Counted from the first letter of the stretch, positions 19,201 to 28,086 are shown. The stretch: 64,000 bases of DNA from Myxococcota bacterium (GCA_963674735.2 CAXXQS010000003.1:1-64000); one strand, 5' to 3'. Notes: generated by a model from the letters alone, not told the origin. Translations and numbers: made by a program.

Positions 19201-20998
19201 TGGTGTGCCGCTCTGCGATGAAGGCGTGTGTAAAGTCGGGAGTTGCAACTACGGTTGGGGAAATTGTGACGAAGGTTATGAAAATGGCTGCGAGGAATCG
19301 CTGCTTGTCAGCGAAGATCACTGCGGCGAATGCGGAGCGCCTTGCTATCCCGACAATGGCATCGGCCAATGCAATTACGGTCAATGCACGATCCGCGCCT
19401 GCGATTTCGGGTATCGGGATTGTGAAAACGGTGTGGTGGACGGGTGCGAAACCTATGTCGAAAGTAGTTTGGACCACTGCGGTGAATGCAATAATCCCTG
19501 TGCGCCCGCCCATGCGATTCCAATCTGTACGGGCGGTATTTGCGGACTTTCCGGATGTGACGAAGGCTACCGCAACTGCGATACGTCCATTGTCAACGGC
19601 TGCGAACGCAACATCCTGACGGATACCTATAACTGTGGAAACTGCGGTATCTGGTGTCAGCCCGATAACGGAACCGGCTATTGTAACGACGGAACCTGCG
19701 CCGTGCAGACTTGCTTCGGCAGCTTTCGTGATTGCAATGAAGCGTATAGCGACGGTTGCGAAGTCGACACCAAAACGGATGCGGAGCACTGCGGCTCTTG
19801 TTTTGAATCTTGTTTGTACGATCATGGAACCGGAAAATGTTTCAATAGCTCGTGTTTGCTCAACAATTGCACCGATCCTTGGAAGAATTGCGATGAGAGT
19901 GAGGAAAACGGCTGCGAGTCCAACAGCTTGTCCGATCCGGCCAACTGCGGCAATTGCGATGTTGTGTGTCCCACTCCGCCCAACATGTACAATGCCGGTT
20001 GTTTAAACGGCGACTGCATTCCGGGTGTGTGTGTCGAAGGTTACAAGAACTGCAACGGTGATTATTGGACTACCGGCTGTGAAACGGATATCTACAATGA
20101 TCCCGACAGCTGTGGTGACTGTGGCGAGGTTTGCGAGCTGGCTAATGCGATTACGGGATGCAGCCTGGGCGAATGTGTGATCGAATCCTGTATCGATGGT
20201 TTCGAGGACTGTAACGGTAATCCGACCGATGGCTGTGAAATCAATACGCGTGACGATCCCGATCACTGCGACGGCTGCAATCAAGCCTGCAATCTTTCCC
20301 ATGCCGACCAGCATCGTTGTGTCGGTGGAGTTTGCCATGTGTTGACCTGCGATGAAAACTGGGGCGACTGCGATCTCACCCAGACAAACGGCTGCGAAAA
20401 GGATCTGCGCAGCGATGTCAATAACTGTGGTGTTTGCGAACGGGAATGCCCGGCGGTTGGGGGGCAGCCCGAATGCACCAATGGTCTCTGCCTGACCAAT
20501 TGTGGTGATGGGTATGCCGAATGCGACGGCAATCTGGCGAATGGCTGCGAAGCCGATTTGGACGCGGTGACCAACACCTGCACGGGCGGTTTGACGATGC
20601 AGCGCACCGACGGCAACGGCTCCATCCGGGGTGATGACGGGCAGGATGTCACCTTCACCTATTCGGAATGGGGTGAAAAGTGGTTTAGCGTGAATGTGAC
20701 CGAAGATAACGCCTCTTGTATTTACCTCAGTGTCTGGCTGGTTCTGGATGTTCCTCCCGGAATGGATTACACCATGGAAGTTTATCGCGGCACCTGCAGC
20801 AACCACATCGTGAGTGGGTCGGGAGGCGTTGGGGTCGATGAAACGGTGAAATACTGCGAAGACGATCAGTGGGGCTCGGATGACGACTTCACGCTCTATG
20901 TTCATGTCAACTTCGGCTCCGGCAACCAATGTGCGGAATGGTCGTTACAGGCTATCGGCAATTTAGCCGTCTCGGGTTGCGGTTGTACGATCTTCTAA
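16241..20998 (+). CDS. giant (~1585 aa) surface lipoprotein: six Ig-like choice-of-anchor-D/ASH domains, a Cys-rich repeat stalk and a C-terminal beta-sandwich
   Basis: ATG 16241 after AGGAG; lipobox LWAC; six P..(L/Y)DFG.V...N.G..L.(I/V) domains; nine to ten ~52-aa GCE...D..(H/N)CG.C...C repeats. Confidence 0.85.
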   Translation: MKSKQLINAVTGLVCLLLLTGLWACSGSGEQEDGDLTAGSCRSDSDCPSGMACGNDGYCYDPDTDGDELACETHRDCPNGQLCEDYQCVPNEIPDEDVDIEETDGDVEEDGEGAMTDGDKEEEASSQARIQVPAVIFFPPLATGDSHDEDLLIESVGEEDLLITGINATDSSSPDFSPVGLPEFPVQLASGDSLKLTIRYQQSNSGFDNGQILIASNAENSTSGLVNLQVQETGLPKLRCESTSLDFDITDIGSQGRMLDLVCHNDRLNDEDDNLLTISRLELDPDSTPHFKLDESVPNRIVIRSGRSVDISVWYTPAQEGEHSAELQLYHNSSGVESPLAIALTGEGGGKHLSLDPTALHFGQVRIGEEVRQTVALSATGDFPVTIQLIEFEPGTSADFRVYLDGLLDDGSFLLEAGGSETIEVGFNPSQINLQTADLLIVSNAVEGPSQSLTCDGEGTDFDLHTDPAALDFAAVEVGEKALEQVAVVNDGNEAVEVLSLEFETAAGVFGIEGSGAPFLVNPGASQTLTVSFTPDDETAFENALIFNLDHNDFPSISLPLNGEGARPHVEIEPSSRLYDFGEVNLGEVREFDFVVRNTGGIPLTLSDFQWLQAQTGDPNQTLDVQLDGSPDIEPQSSRNLHATFSPPFDGPTGAMPLSAEREYGFSTTDTDNPELSVSVSGIMVDPHVAIDPPGPSYDFGSVLPGFEATPIEVVLTNDGTGTLSVTDIHLTADSDTDAIWLAGLPDSFPVELLPNGTRAGQTQLRFTVHFLPPNLNQFNAMLRIVNEGYTDKNLSISIVGNGSNCSQGLHPCAGECVANEHVDHCGSLCDPCPETDYGYAICSPFLTSYVCDILCDEHFVKVNGQCEPVNTDDCCGVDCLDCTLSHPDNGSGACDEGQCVVDCDQNYHLVEGECLINDTVDCCGLQCLQCPERLNATRVCVAGACDFECIDDFDDCNERASDGCEVHLPSNVNHCNLCDNACTVNNGVPLCDEGVCKVGSCNYGWGNCDEGYENGCEESLLVSEDHCGECGAPCYPDNGIGQCNYGQCTIRACDFGYRDCENGVVDGCETYVESSLDHCGECNNPCAPAHAIPICTGGICGLSGCDEGYRNCDTSIVNGCERNILTDTYNCGNCGIWCQPDNGTGYCNDGTCAVQTCFGSFRDCNEAYSDGCEVDTKTDAEHCGSCFESCLYDHGTGKCFNSSCLLNNCTDPWKNCDESEENGCESNSLSDPANCGNCDVVCPTPPNMYNAGCLNGDCIPGVCVEGYKNCNGDYWTTGCETDIYNDPDSCGDCGEVCELANAITGCSLGECVIESCIDGFEDCNGNPTDGCEINTRDDPDHCDGCNQACNLSHADQHRCVGGVCHVLTCDENWGDCDLTQTNGCEKDLRSDVNNCGVCERECPAVGGQPECTNGLCLTNCGDGYAECDGNLANGCEADLDAVTNTCTGGLTMQRTDGNGSIRGDDGQDVTFTYSEWGEKWFSVNVTEDNASCIYLSVWLVLDVPPGMDYTMEVYRGTCSNHIVSGSGGVGVDETVKYCEDDQWGSDDDFTLYVHVNFGSGNQCAEWSLQAIGNLAVSGCGCTIF

Positions 20999-21022
20999 AA
21001 GAAGCGGCGGGGTCGATAACGT

Positions 21023-21436
21023 ATGCGTATTTTAGGGCTGGATGTCGGAACGGTACGTACCGGTGTCGCGCTATCTGATGAAATGGGATGGACGGCTCAA
21101 CCTTTGGAAGTGATGAAGCGTCTGAAGGGCGAGGCCGACTTCGCACGGTTGGGCGAAATCATTGCCGAGTTCGGGGTGACGGAGATCGTGGTCGGACTGC
21201 CGCGCAATATGAATGGCTCGATCGGACCCATGGCGCAGTCCGTTCAAGCTTATGCCAAGGAACTGATCGACCGCTTCGGGTTGCCCGTGCACGAATGGGA
21301 TGAGCGCTTGACCACCGTCACGGCCGAGCGGGCGCTCATCGAAGGAAATGTCCGGCGCGCCAAGCGGAAAGAGTTGGTGGACAAAGTGTCGGCGGCCGTG
21401 ATCTTGCAGGGATATTTGGATTTCAGGGGAAGGTAG
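21023..21436 (+). CDS. ruvX: YqgF/RuvX family nuclease (pre-16S rRNA maturation, putative Holliday junction resolvase)
   Basis: ILGLDVG..RTGVALSD, VVGLP.NMNG, WDERLTT, VDKVSAAVILQGYLD. Confidence 0.95.
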   Translation: MRILGLDVGTVRTGVALSDEMGWTAQPLEVMKRLKGEADFARLGEIIAEFGVTEIVVGLPRNMNGSIGPMAQSVQAYAKELIDRFGLPVHEWDERLTTVTAERALIEGNVRRAKRKELVDKVSAAVILQGYLDFRGR

Positions 21437-21441
21437 GCCGA

Positions 21442-22449
21442 ATGCTTCGAACAATCTTGATGGCTCTGCTGGGTGCCGTGTTAGCCGTGAGCGCCTATTT
21501 ATTTTACCATTATCAGACCATGCAGACTTGGATGAATACGCCACTCAATTCGGACGAAACCCCGGTTGTGGTTTCGATCGAACCGGGGCAAAGCGTGCGG
21601 GGTGCTTTAAGGCAACTCATCGTTGCCGGACTGGTGAAGGATGAGCCTTATACGGCGTATCTTGGCAAAGTGGGTCCACCTGTTGCGCCGGTCCAGACGG
21701 GTGAATATGAGTTGAATTCCAGCATGTCGCCGTTGGAAATGTTGAACGTGATGGCGCAGGGGAAAGTCAAACTCTACTCCGTCACCGTTCCTGAAGGCTT
21801 GAGGTGGAAGGCGGTTTTCCAGCGTTTTGTTTTAGCAGGATTTGGAAAATTGGACGATTATCAGGCACGGACTCCGGGAAAGACTCTGGAAATGGAGTTC
21901 GACTTGCCATCGATAGAAGGTTATTTGTTTCCGGAAACTTACAGTATTCCACGCGGGACGAAACCCTACAAAATCATCACGCTTTTGGTGGAAGCCTTCA
22001 ATCGCCATTTCACGCCCGATATGGAAGCCGCCGCCAAAAAACGGGGCTATTCTCGCCACCAAGCCGTTATCATGGCTTCGATCATTCAAAAGGAATGTGG
22101 TGATGAACGGGAATTCCCACTGGTGTCGTCCGTTATTCACAACCGCCTCAAGCGCGGGATGCCGTTGCAGATGGACCCGACGGTTTTGTATGGTCTTGAT
22201 ACGAAAGATCTGACTCGCAAAGACCTGCAAACCGATCACCCTTGGAACACCTATACGCGCAAGGGGCTCCCGGCAACTCCCATATGCAATCCCGGACTTG
22301 CGGCGCTTCAAGCCGCCGTAAATCCGGCCGACACCAATTACCTGTATTTCGTTTCCATGAACAACGGTCGGCACAAGTTCACTTCCACCCTCAAAGATCA
22401 CAACGCAGCGGTGCGGAAGTACCAGCTTCGACGGGAGGTGGGTCCATAG
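21442..22449 (+). CDS. mltG: endolytic murein transglycosylase MltG
   Basis: N-terminal TM; VTVPEG, EGYLFPETY, ASIIQKE, NRL..GMPLQMDPT, NTY..KGLP.TPICNPG, YLYFV. Confidence 0.95.
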   Translation: MLRTILMALLGAVLAVSAYLFYHYQTMQTWMNTPLNSDETPVVVSIEPGQSVRGALRQLIVAGLVKDEPYTAYLGKVGPPVAPVQTGEYELNSSMSPLEMLNVMAQGKVKLYSVTVPEGLRWKAVFQRFVLAGFGKLDDYQARTPGKTLEMEFDLPSIEGYLFPETYSIPRGTKPYKIITLLVEAFNRHFTPDMEAAAKKRGYSRHQAVIMASIIQKECGDEREFPLVSSVIHNRLKRGMPLQMDPTVLYGLDTKDLTRKDLQTDHPWNTYTRKGLPATPICNPGLAALQAAVNPADTNYLYFVSMNNGRHKFTSTLKDHNAAVRKYQLRREVGP

Positions 22450-23264
22450 GCAAGAGGACCAGGATAGGGTGGCGTCTTGTCGTTTGGATTCTCGGGGGTA
22501 GTCTCCTTTTATTGAATGGAATCGGCTGGCTGATTCCCCTGCGCTCTCCTGATCTGGAGCAATCCGGATCCTCCTTTAAAGGTGGGGTGAGCCTGAGTGC
22601 CGATACGGTTCGAGACCGGGTGGATGCAGCCTGCGGCGAAGGTCCGGAGTGTCTGCGTGTCGCAACTCGTGCCGTTTTCGAAGGTGTGGTGCACGCCTGG
22701 GATGACAAGGATCTTGACCGCTTTCGTTTGCGTATATCGCCCTGGGAAAACCTGTGGCTGTATGTCTTTTCGTTTGTAAAACCCGTTCACTACCGAAAAT
22801 ACGAGTACTGCGACCCGGCTAAAGCCTTGGAGCGTGGGGTTGGGCTATGTTCGGAGTTTGCGATCATCCTGGTAGGATTGTTGAACGAACGCGGTGTCCC
22901 GGCGCGTATTCGGAAACTGGATGGCCATGTGGTTGCCGAAGCCGAAAGTGCGACGGGCATCTGGTGGACTTTGGATGCCAACCTGGGTGTGGTGATTGAA
23001 CATGACTTGGCGGAGATCGAACGGACCCCGGCACTTATACGTCCCTATTATGCAACCATGGGCTATGCCGCTAAGCGGATCGACAACCTGGTGCGTCTAT
23101 ACGGTTCAGAGGGAAATGAACCTCCTTTGAGTGTCGTAGGCTATTGTTCGCCGAAGAAAATGTTTATCGAAGATGCCGCCTATGTCATTAAATGGGGGCT
23201 ACCGTTTTTATTGCTGGGTGTGGGCTTTCTGCCTGATAGACGAAAAAAACACATCCGAGGTTGA
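22446..23264 (+). CDS. membrane-anchored transglutaminase-like (Cys-His-Asp) protein, probable non-canonical ATA start
   Basis: GLCSEFA...GHVVAEA...WWTLDANLG triad pattern; TM helices at both ends; GGAGGT SD 6 nt before the in-frame ATA at 22446. Confidence 0.65.
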   Translation: MGKRTRIGWRLVVWILGGSLLLLNGIGWLIPLRSPDLEQSGSSFKGGVSLSADTVRDRVDAACGEGPECLRVATRAVFEGVVHAWDDKDLDRFRLRISPWENLWLYVFSFVKPVHYRKYEYCDPAKALERGVGLCSEFAIILVGLLNERGVPARIRKLDGHVVAEAESATGIWWTLDANLGVVIEHDLAEIERTPALIRPYYATMGYAAKRIDNLVRLYGSEGNEPPLSVVGYCSPKKMFIEDAAYVIKWGLPFLLLGVGFLPDRRKKHIRG

Positions 23265-23296
23265 GCCTTCGCAAGAAGTATTTTTCCATCACCGAT

Positions 23297-23327
23297 AAAA
23301 AAAAACGGACCGGTCAAGCCGGTCCGT
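23297..23327 (-). terminator. rho-independent terminator of the PFK gene
   Basis: ACGGACCGG/CCGGTCCGT stem with a long A tract on the + strand. Confidence 0.8.
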
Positions 23328-23350
23328 CGTAAAAACCAAGTCTGGTTTTT

Positions 23351-24772
23351 CTAAAGAAGCCCGAAGTCCTTGATGTCGCGGCGAACGGCACGAAATTCCA
23401 GCGACTTGGCCAACTTGTAGAAATCTCCATCCATCGGAACAAAACGCAAGCGTGTTTTGAAGGTGTCGGGGTCGATTAGATCCTGGAAGCTTTCCTTGCG
23501 GATTTCCAGGTTGTCGCCAACCGAAACCATGTGGCTGAAGCGCTTTTCTTTGACGAAACGATAAGCGCCCATGCCGAGCTGGCTCCCCAGAAGGATGTCG
23601 AACGCCGACGGCTCGACACAGCGGGTGGTGTAACCGATGGTTTCGTTTTTAATGGTCAGCGAGCGACCGGTCAATTTTTTGTAAGCTTTTTTAACGGAAA
23701 CGGCAATGATTTCGCCGATCTTCAACTCAGAGAGGCGGATGTTGCCGTGCTGATCCGTTTGTGTGTTTGCTTTGTCCTTGGGAAGCTTGTCGGCGAGACC
23801 TTCCGATACCAGAATGACGCCGTAATGCTTGTTCGATTCCTCACGCTTGATGATCAGGTTGACCAAATCGGAGGCCAAGGCGTCCATATCGAGTTTGTCT
23901 TCCACTTCTTCCGGGCCGATCATGCGGACCGCTTCACCCGCGATGCCGGCTCCCAGGGTGTACCAACCGGCTTTGCGGCCCATCAGCTCAAGAACGAAGT
24001 AGCAGTCGGTGGTGCGGACTTCGTTGTTGTAAACCTTGATATCCTGGCGGGCACGTTCGATCGCCGAGAAATAGCCGAAGGTCCAGGGGATACCAAAATA
24101 ATCGTTGTCAATCGTTTTGGGGACGTGGACGGTCGGAACGCCAAGTAGGCTGAGGTAATAAGCTGTCTTCAGGGTGTCGTCACCACCGATGGATATGAGG
24201 CTTGAAACACCGATATATTCGAGAGCATCGATAACGTTGTACAGCTTCTTGTTGAGTTTGGGGTCGGCTAAGTCGGTGAAACTTTTAATCTCGCGATCGC
24301 CGGTGCGGCTGGGGTTGGCGCGGGCCGTGCGTAAGATCGAGCCGCCACGTTGGCGGATTTTGGTGATGTCATCGTAAGTGAGCGATTTGTAATGAATGCC
24401 TTCTTGGAAAGCTTTGGGGTTTTCACGGTCGAATTTTTCCAGGAATTCATAACCCTTGAAAAACCCGATGACATCGTAGCCGTCGTTGAGAAACTGGATA
24501 GCGGCGGTGCTGATGACGGCGTTGGCGCCTGGTGCCGGACCGCCGGAGAATAGCATTCCCACCCGTTTTTGTCCGATGGTTTGGAACTGACGGATTTTTT
24601 TCAAAGTGGCGGCACCACTATCCGATTTCGCCGCGCGAGATGTTTTGGGTTTGCGTCCTTTGGGCTTGGCTGTTTTCTTAACGGCCGGTTTCGTTTTCGC
24701 TTTGGCGGATTTCGTGGTTGCCGCCGTGCCAGAGATTTTGGGTGCGCTTACTTTTTTTGCCTTTACCGGCAT
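23351..24772 (-). CDS. pfp: 6-phosphofructokinase, probably pyrophosphate-dependent, with Lys/Ala-rich N-terminal extension
   Basis: SGGPAPGAN, IGGDDT and PKTIDND (Asp and Lys at the positions that mark PPi-dependent PFKs), ELMGRKAG; strong AGGAGG SD. Confidence 0.88.
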   Translation of the reverse strand: MPVKAKKVSAPKISGTAATTKSAKAKTKPAVKKTAKPKGRKPKTSRAAKSDSGAATLKKIRQFQTIGQKRVGMLFSGGPAPGANAVISTAAIQFLNDGYDVIGFFKGYEFLEKFDRENPKAFQEGIHYKSLTYDDITKIRQRGGSILRTARANPSRTGDREIKSFTDLADPKLNKKLYNVIDALEYIGVSSLISIGGDDTLKTAYYLSLLGVPTVHVPKTIDNDYFGIPWTFGYFSAIERARQDIKVYNNEVRTTDCYFVLELMGRKAGWYTLGAGIAGEAVRMIGPEEVEDKLDMDALASDLVNLIIKREESNKHYGVILVSEGLADKLPKDKANTQTDQHGNIRLSELKIGEIIAVSVKKAYKKLTGRSLTIKNETIGYTTRCVEPSAFDILLGSQLGMGAYRFVKEKRFSHMVSVGDNLEIRKESFQDLIDPDTFKTRLRFVPMDGDFYKLAKSLEFRAVRRDIKDFGLL

Positions 24773-24936
24773 GATTCCCTCCTCCTGATCAATGCAAAGA
24801 AACTCCCTGTCAGAGGAACAGAAAGCGTAATTGGCTGACCCCCGATACCGAGGTCCGAATTAGAGCTTCATTCTTAGGGGATTATGTATGGCATGTCAAA
24901 GGAAAAGATCGGTTGACGTTCGGCTTCCGGAATTTT

Positions 24937-26115
24937 TTAGGAGTCGGCTTCTTCTTGTTTTTCCCCATTGTCGTTGGTATTCAGGTTTCGCTGGGAATCC
25001 AACCGTGCACCGAAGCGCTCCAGCCGGTGATTGACACTTTCGTGTGATTTGACGGCGTTGCCCAAGTGGCGGCCGACCAGACGCACGTCATTCATAATTT
25101 TGTCGTATTCCACCTGAAGGCGTCCGAAGGTATCGAGAATCTGCCGGGCGTTTTCTTCGATTTTCAACCCGCGAATGCCCATCAGCACTACTTGCAGGTA
25201 GGCGTAGAAACTATTGGGTGATACGGGGATGACACGACGTTCCATGGCATAGGCGACCAAGGAATCGGCCTGGTTCTCGGGTTTCAGGATGGTTTCGTAG
25301 TAAACGTTCTCCGCCGGGATGTACATGAAGGCGAAATCGAGGGTGCCTTCATCCGGGCGGATGTATTTTTTGGCGATGGCGTCGATGTGCTTTTTCACGT
25401 CGCGCAAGAATTCCTTGCGTAGTTTGATCTGTTCTTCATCGGGAGCGGCCAGCAGACGGCGGAAGTTTTCAAGCGGGAACTTGGCATCGACTGATAGTAT
25501 TCCTTGATCGAGACGTACAATGGCGTCGACTGTTTCGCGATTGCGAAAAGCGTACTGTAACGTGAAATGTTCGGCAGGTAGGGTTTGGGCGAGAATTTCG
25601 CCGAGAAACAACTCGCCCAGCACCCCGCGCAATTTGGGCGCGCGTAGGATATCTTGTAGTTCCTCGATATTTTTTCCCACGTCGAAAATACGCCGATTCG
25701 ACTCCGACAACTCCGCCAGCCGTTTGGTGACGTCGCCGACCGCTCGTGCCGCGCCATCCAGCCGTTCGTGGGTAAGGCGGGCCGTGTCCTGCAAATTATG
25801 CGTGTCCTGCTCCAGGCGGCGGTCGATCTGTGCGGTCATATCCGTCAGCCGCTGGTTCATGGTGTGAACACCCTGACCCAGCTTGTCGTCCATGCGTGTC
25901 GAAAGGTTTTCCAGGCGGGAGGACAGACGTTCCTGGCTGTCGACCAGGGATCGTTGCAACTCCGTGCGTAAATCGCTCACTTGCGCCTGCAGGAGCCCGA
26001 GTCCCGAATCGGACTCGCTACGCCGGTGCAGCTGAGACAGCTTGATAAACACAACCGCCAACAGGCCAATGGTCAACAGCGACCCGATGACAAACACCCA
26101 CATCCAACCATCCAT
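24937..26115 (-). CDS. rmuC: DNA recombination protein RmuC
   Basis: N-terminal TM, coiled coil, KLRG.LGE..L, DAKFPLE, KYI.P..GTLDFAFMYIPAE.VY, VSP. Confidence 0.93.
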   Translation of the reverse strand: MDGWMWVFVIGSLLTIGLLAVVFIKLSQLHRRSESDSGLGLLQAQVSDLRTELQRSLVDSQERLSSRLENLSTRMDDKLGQGVHTMNQRLTDMTAQIDRRLEQDTHNLQDTARLTHERLDGAARAVGDVTKRLAELSESNRRIFDVGKNIEELQDILRAPKLRGVLGELFLGEILAQTLPAEHFTLQYAFRNRETVDAIVRLDQGILSVDAKFPLENFRRLLAAPDEEQIKLRKEFLRDVKKHIDAIAKKYIRPDEGTLDFAFMYIPAENVYYETILKPENQADSLVAYAMERRVIPVSPNSFYAYLQVVLMGIRGLKIEENARQILDTFGRLQVEYDKIMNDVRLVGRHLGNAVKSHESVNHRLERFGARLDSQRNLNTNDNGEKQEEADS

Positions 26116-26168
26116 CAAGCTTTGCCTTCCGTTGTGAGATTTCAACCGACTTCTGGGGAATCATAGCG

Positions 26169-27407
26169 CTAAACGGACAGTTCATCAAGTAATGCATCCG
26201 CTTCATGTATCAGGCGTTCACCCATTTCGCGTCCGAAAATGCCCATTACGTTTTCATAGATGGCCATCGAACGGGTGCCTTTGGCCGGTGGATGGTGGTA
26301 ATCGTGGCGACGGTGAATGTATCCGATGTAACCGTCGCATTGCGAGGCTACAAAGGGGTTGTTGTAGCCCTTCGCACGGGCTTTTACCTGAATCGCCAGC
26401 GACACCCCTACGCCCAAATCGGCCGGGGTGCCGATGAAACAGGTGTCACCCAAGGCAAAACCCTGCAGATGCCAGTGCTCAAGATCCGCGCGGGCGAAGG
26501 CGGCCGAGGCCAGCCAGTCCAATGGCCGGGTGACTTTTCTCAGCCAGCGTGGTTCGTCGAAGGCCATAGCGACATCCGGGCGTCCATCCACTTCGATTGT
26601 GCGGGATGCCATGCGTAGTTCACCTGTTTTACGCGTTCGTTTTTTCAAAACGCCCAGAGCCTCCGTCACGATGGGAGCGGCTTGGAGTTCCAAGTTGCGA
26701 TCGACTTCCATCGGTTCATCGGGGAAAAGAACATCTACTCCTCCAAGTGCGCCGTTGACAAACATCCCGAAGTCCGTTTGTTCTTCGATGCGTCGGATTA
26801 CTTCGCCGGGGAAGTCCGCCGATAGCGCATTAGGTTGGCGTTCGGCGACGATTACCGGGTGACCGGAAAAACCGACCAGGATGGCTTTGTCCGATTTCGG
26901 GGCCGGACGCTGGATTTTGAGAGCCCACAGCCCATCATCCACCAGACCGTCCCGGTCACGCCGGTTTTTGGCTAAAGCGGGAATGTGGCCCGTGTGTGTC
27001 GCCCAACCGGCCGGGGAGAGGTCGTCGAGGGCCGCCCAGGCGGCGCGCGCTCCCTGGTCGCATAAAAACGGCAGCATCGCCGGGAGGTAATGTCCCAATG
27101 CCAGACGGGCGGCGAAGGTGTTCCAGTAACCGCCCGATCCCGAATGGGTGTGAGTGGCGTGCAGAATGACTTGCGCCCCGGTTTCTTTCAATCGGCCGTT
27201 CACGCCGCGGACCATTTGCTCGGTAATCAACAGCAAATCGTAACTGATCAACACGAGCGTGTTATTTCCTTCCTGTAGAGCCAATGCGCGTACGTAAAGC
27301 GGGTCGCGCACCTCTTTCGACATCCGTGGTCTCAGGCTGAAATAGCCCGCCAATGGTACAGGCCCGGTTGGCGTGATATCGAGTTTGGCGAATCCGGCTT
27401 TCAGCAT
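26169..27407 (-). CDS. neutral/alkaline ceramidase-like metallo-amidase (N-terminal domain family), cytoplasmic
   Basis: AGFAK.DITP...PLAGY, DPLYVRAL, ATHTHSG, GHP, SADFPG, GALG, GYIGYI motifs. Confidence 0.8.
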   Translation of the reverse strand: MLKAGFAKLDITPTGPVPLAGYFSLRPRMSKEVRDPLYVRALALQEGNNTLVLISYDLLLITEQMVRGVNGRLKETGAQVILHATHTHSGSGGYWNTFAARLALGHYLPAMLPFLCDQGARAAWAALDDLSPAGWATHTGHIPALAKNRRDRDGLVDDGLWALKIQRPAPKSDKAILVGFSGHPVIVAERQPNALSADFPGEVIRRIEEQTDFGMFVNGALGGVDVLFPDEPMEVDRNLELQAAPIVTEALGVLKKRTRKTGELRMASRTIEVDGRPDVAMAFDEPRWLRKVTRPLDWLASAAFARADLEHWHLQGFALGDTCFIGTPADLGVGVSLAIQVKARAKGYNNPFVASQCDGYIGYIHRRHDYHHPPAKGTRSMAIYENVMGIFGREMGERLIHEADALLDELSV

Positions 27408-27524
27408 GACTCTCCCCCGTTTCGCAGTAGGCGAGGCTCCCGTTCTTGATTGATCGTCTGAAAACAGTGTACGGGATCTTGGACAAGCTTGCAACCGGGA
27501 GGTGCTAAGCTTGAATATCGGGAA

Positions 27525-27586
27525 GAAATATTATTTCGGACAGATCATGTCAGGTGTGTTGACATTCGGCCAAGCCGCACTATATT
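27525..27586 (+). promoter_or_regulatory. sigma70 promoter of the rrf2-iscS-iscU operon with nearby inverted repeats (possible operator)
   Basis: TTGACA(27559)-16-TATATT(27581); inverted repeats GAAATA-T-TATTTC (27525-27537) and TGTCA-N7-TGACA (27548-27564) overlapping the -35. Confidence 0.5.
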
Positions 27587-27621
27587 AGCGAAGGTACGAT
27601 GGATCGAATAACGAGGTTGAT

Positions 27622-28086
27622 GTGAGGATCAGTCAGACAAGCGAGATGGCCATTCAAGGCTTATGGGAACTAGCTGAGGCGGGTGATAACGGGCGACTGC
27701 TCGTGGCCGATATCGCTCGTCGGCAAAACGTTTCTAAAAGCTATTTGTCTAAAGTATTCAATCGCTTGCGTCATGCCGGGCTCGTTGATTCCCGCCGAGG
27801 TAAAGTTGGCGGTTTTCATTTGGCTCGACCGGCTTCAGCTATTTCGCTGGGCGAGGTGGTTCGCTTGTTCGACGGAACGTCGCCAAATTCGGATGACTGG
27901 GCGGAGAAACCGGCCATGGTTGCAAACTCAAGGCGTATCGTTTTGCAAGATCTGTTTCGCCGTGCGGAACGACGTTTTTACCATATGCTCGACGCTACGA
28001 CTTTGGCCGATTTGAGCCGGGCTGCTCCAACCTCAGAACGTATGGAAACCATGGGTCAGACCCCAGAATCGACGGAGACGCTATGA
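27622..28086 (+). CDS. Rrf2 family transcriptional regulator with no cysteine
   Basis: wHTH IA.RQNVSKSYLSKVF..L..AGLVDS.RG..GGF.LARP..ISLGEVV; GTG start after GAGG. Confidence 0.9.
   Translation: MRISQTSEMAIQGLWELAEAGDNGRLLVADIARRQNVSKSYLSKVFNRLRHAGLVDSRRGKVGGFHLARPASAISLGEVVRLFDGTSPNSDDWAEKPAMVANSRRIVLQDLFRRAERRFYHMLDATTLADLSRAAPTSERMETMGQTPESTETL

Noticed and set aside
19145-20929. 226-aa and 308-aa ORFs on the - strand
   Set aside because: Antisense to the Cys-rich repeats of the giant lipoprotein
22242-22445. ORF-track N-terminal extension of the transglutaminase-like gene
   Set aside because: Overlaps 200 nt of conserved mltG coding sequence and looks non-protein-like
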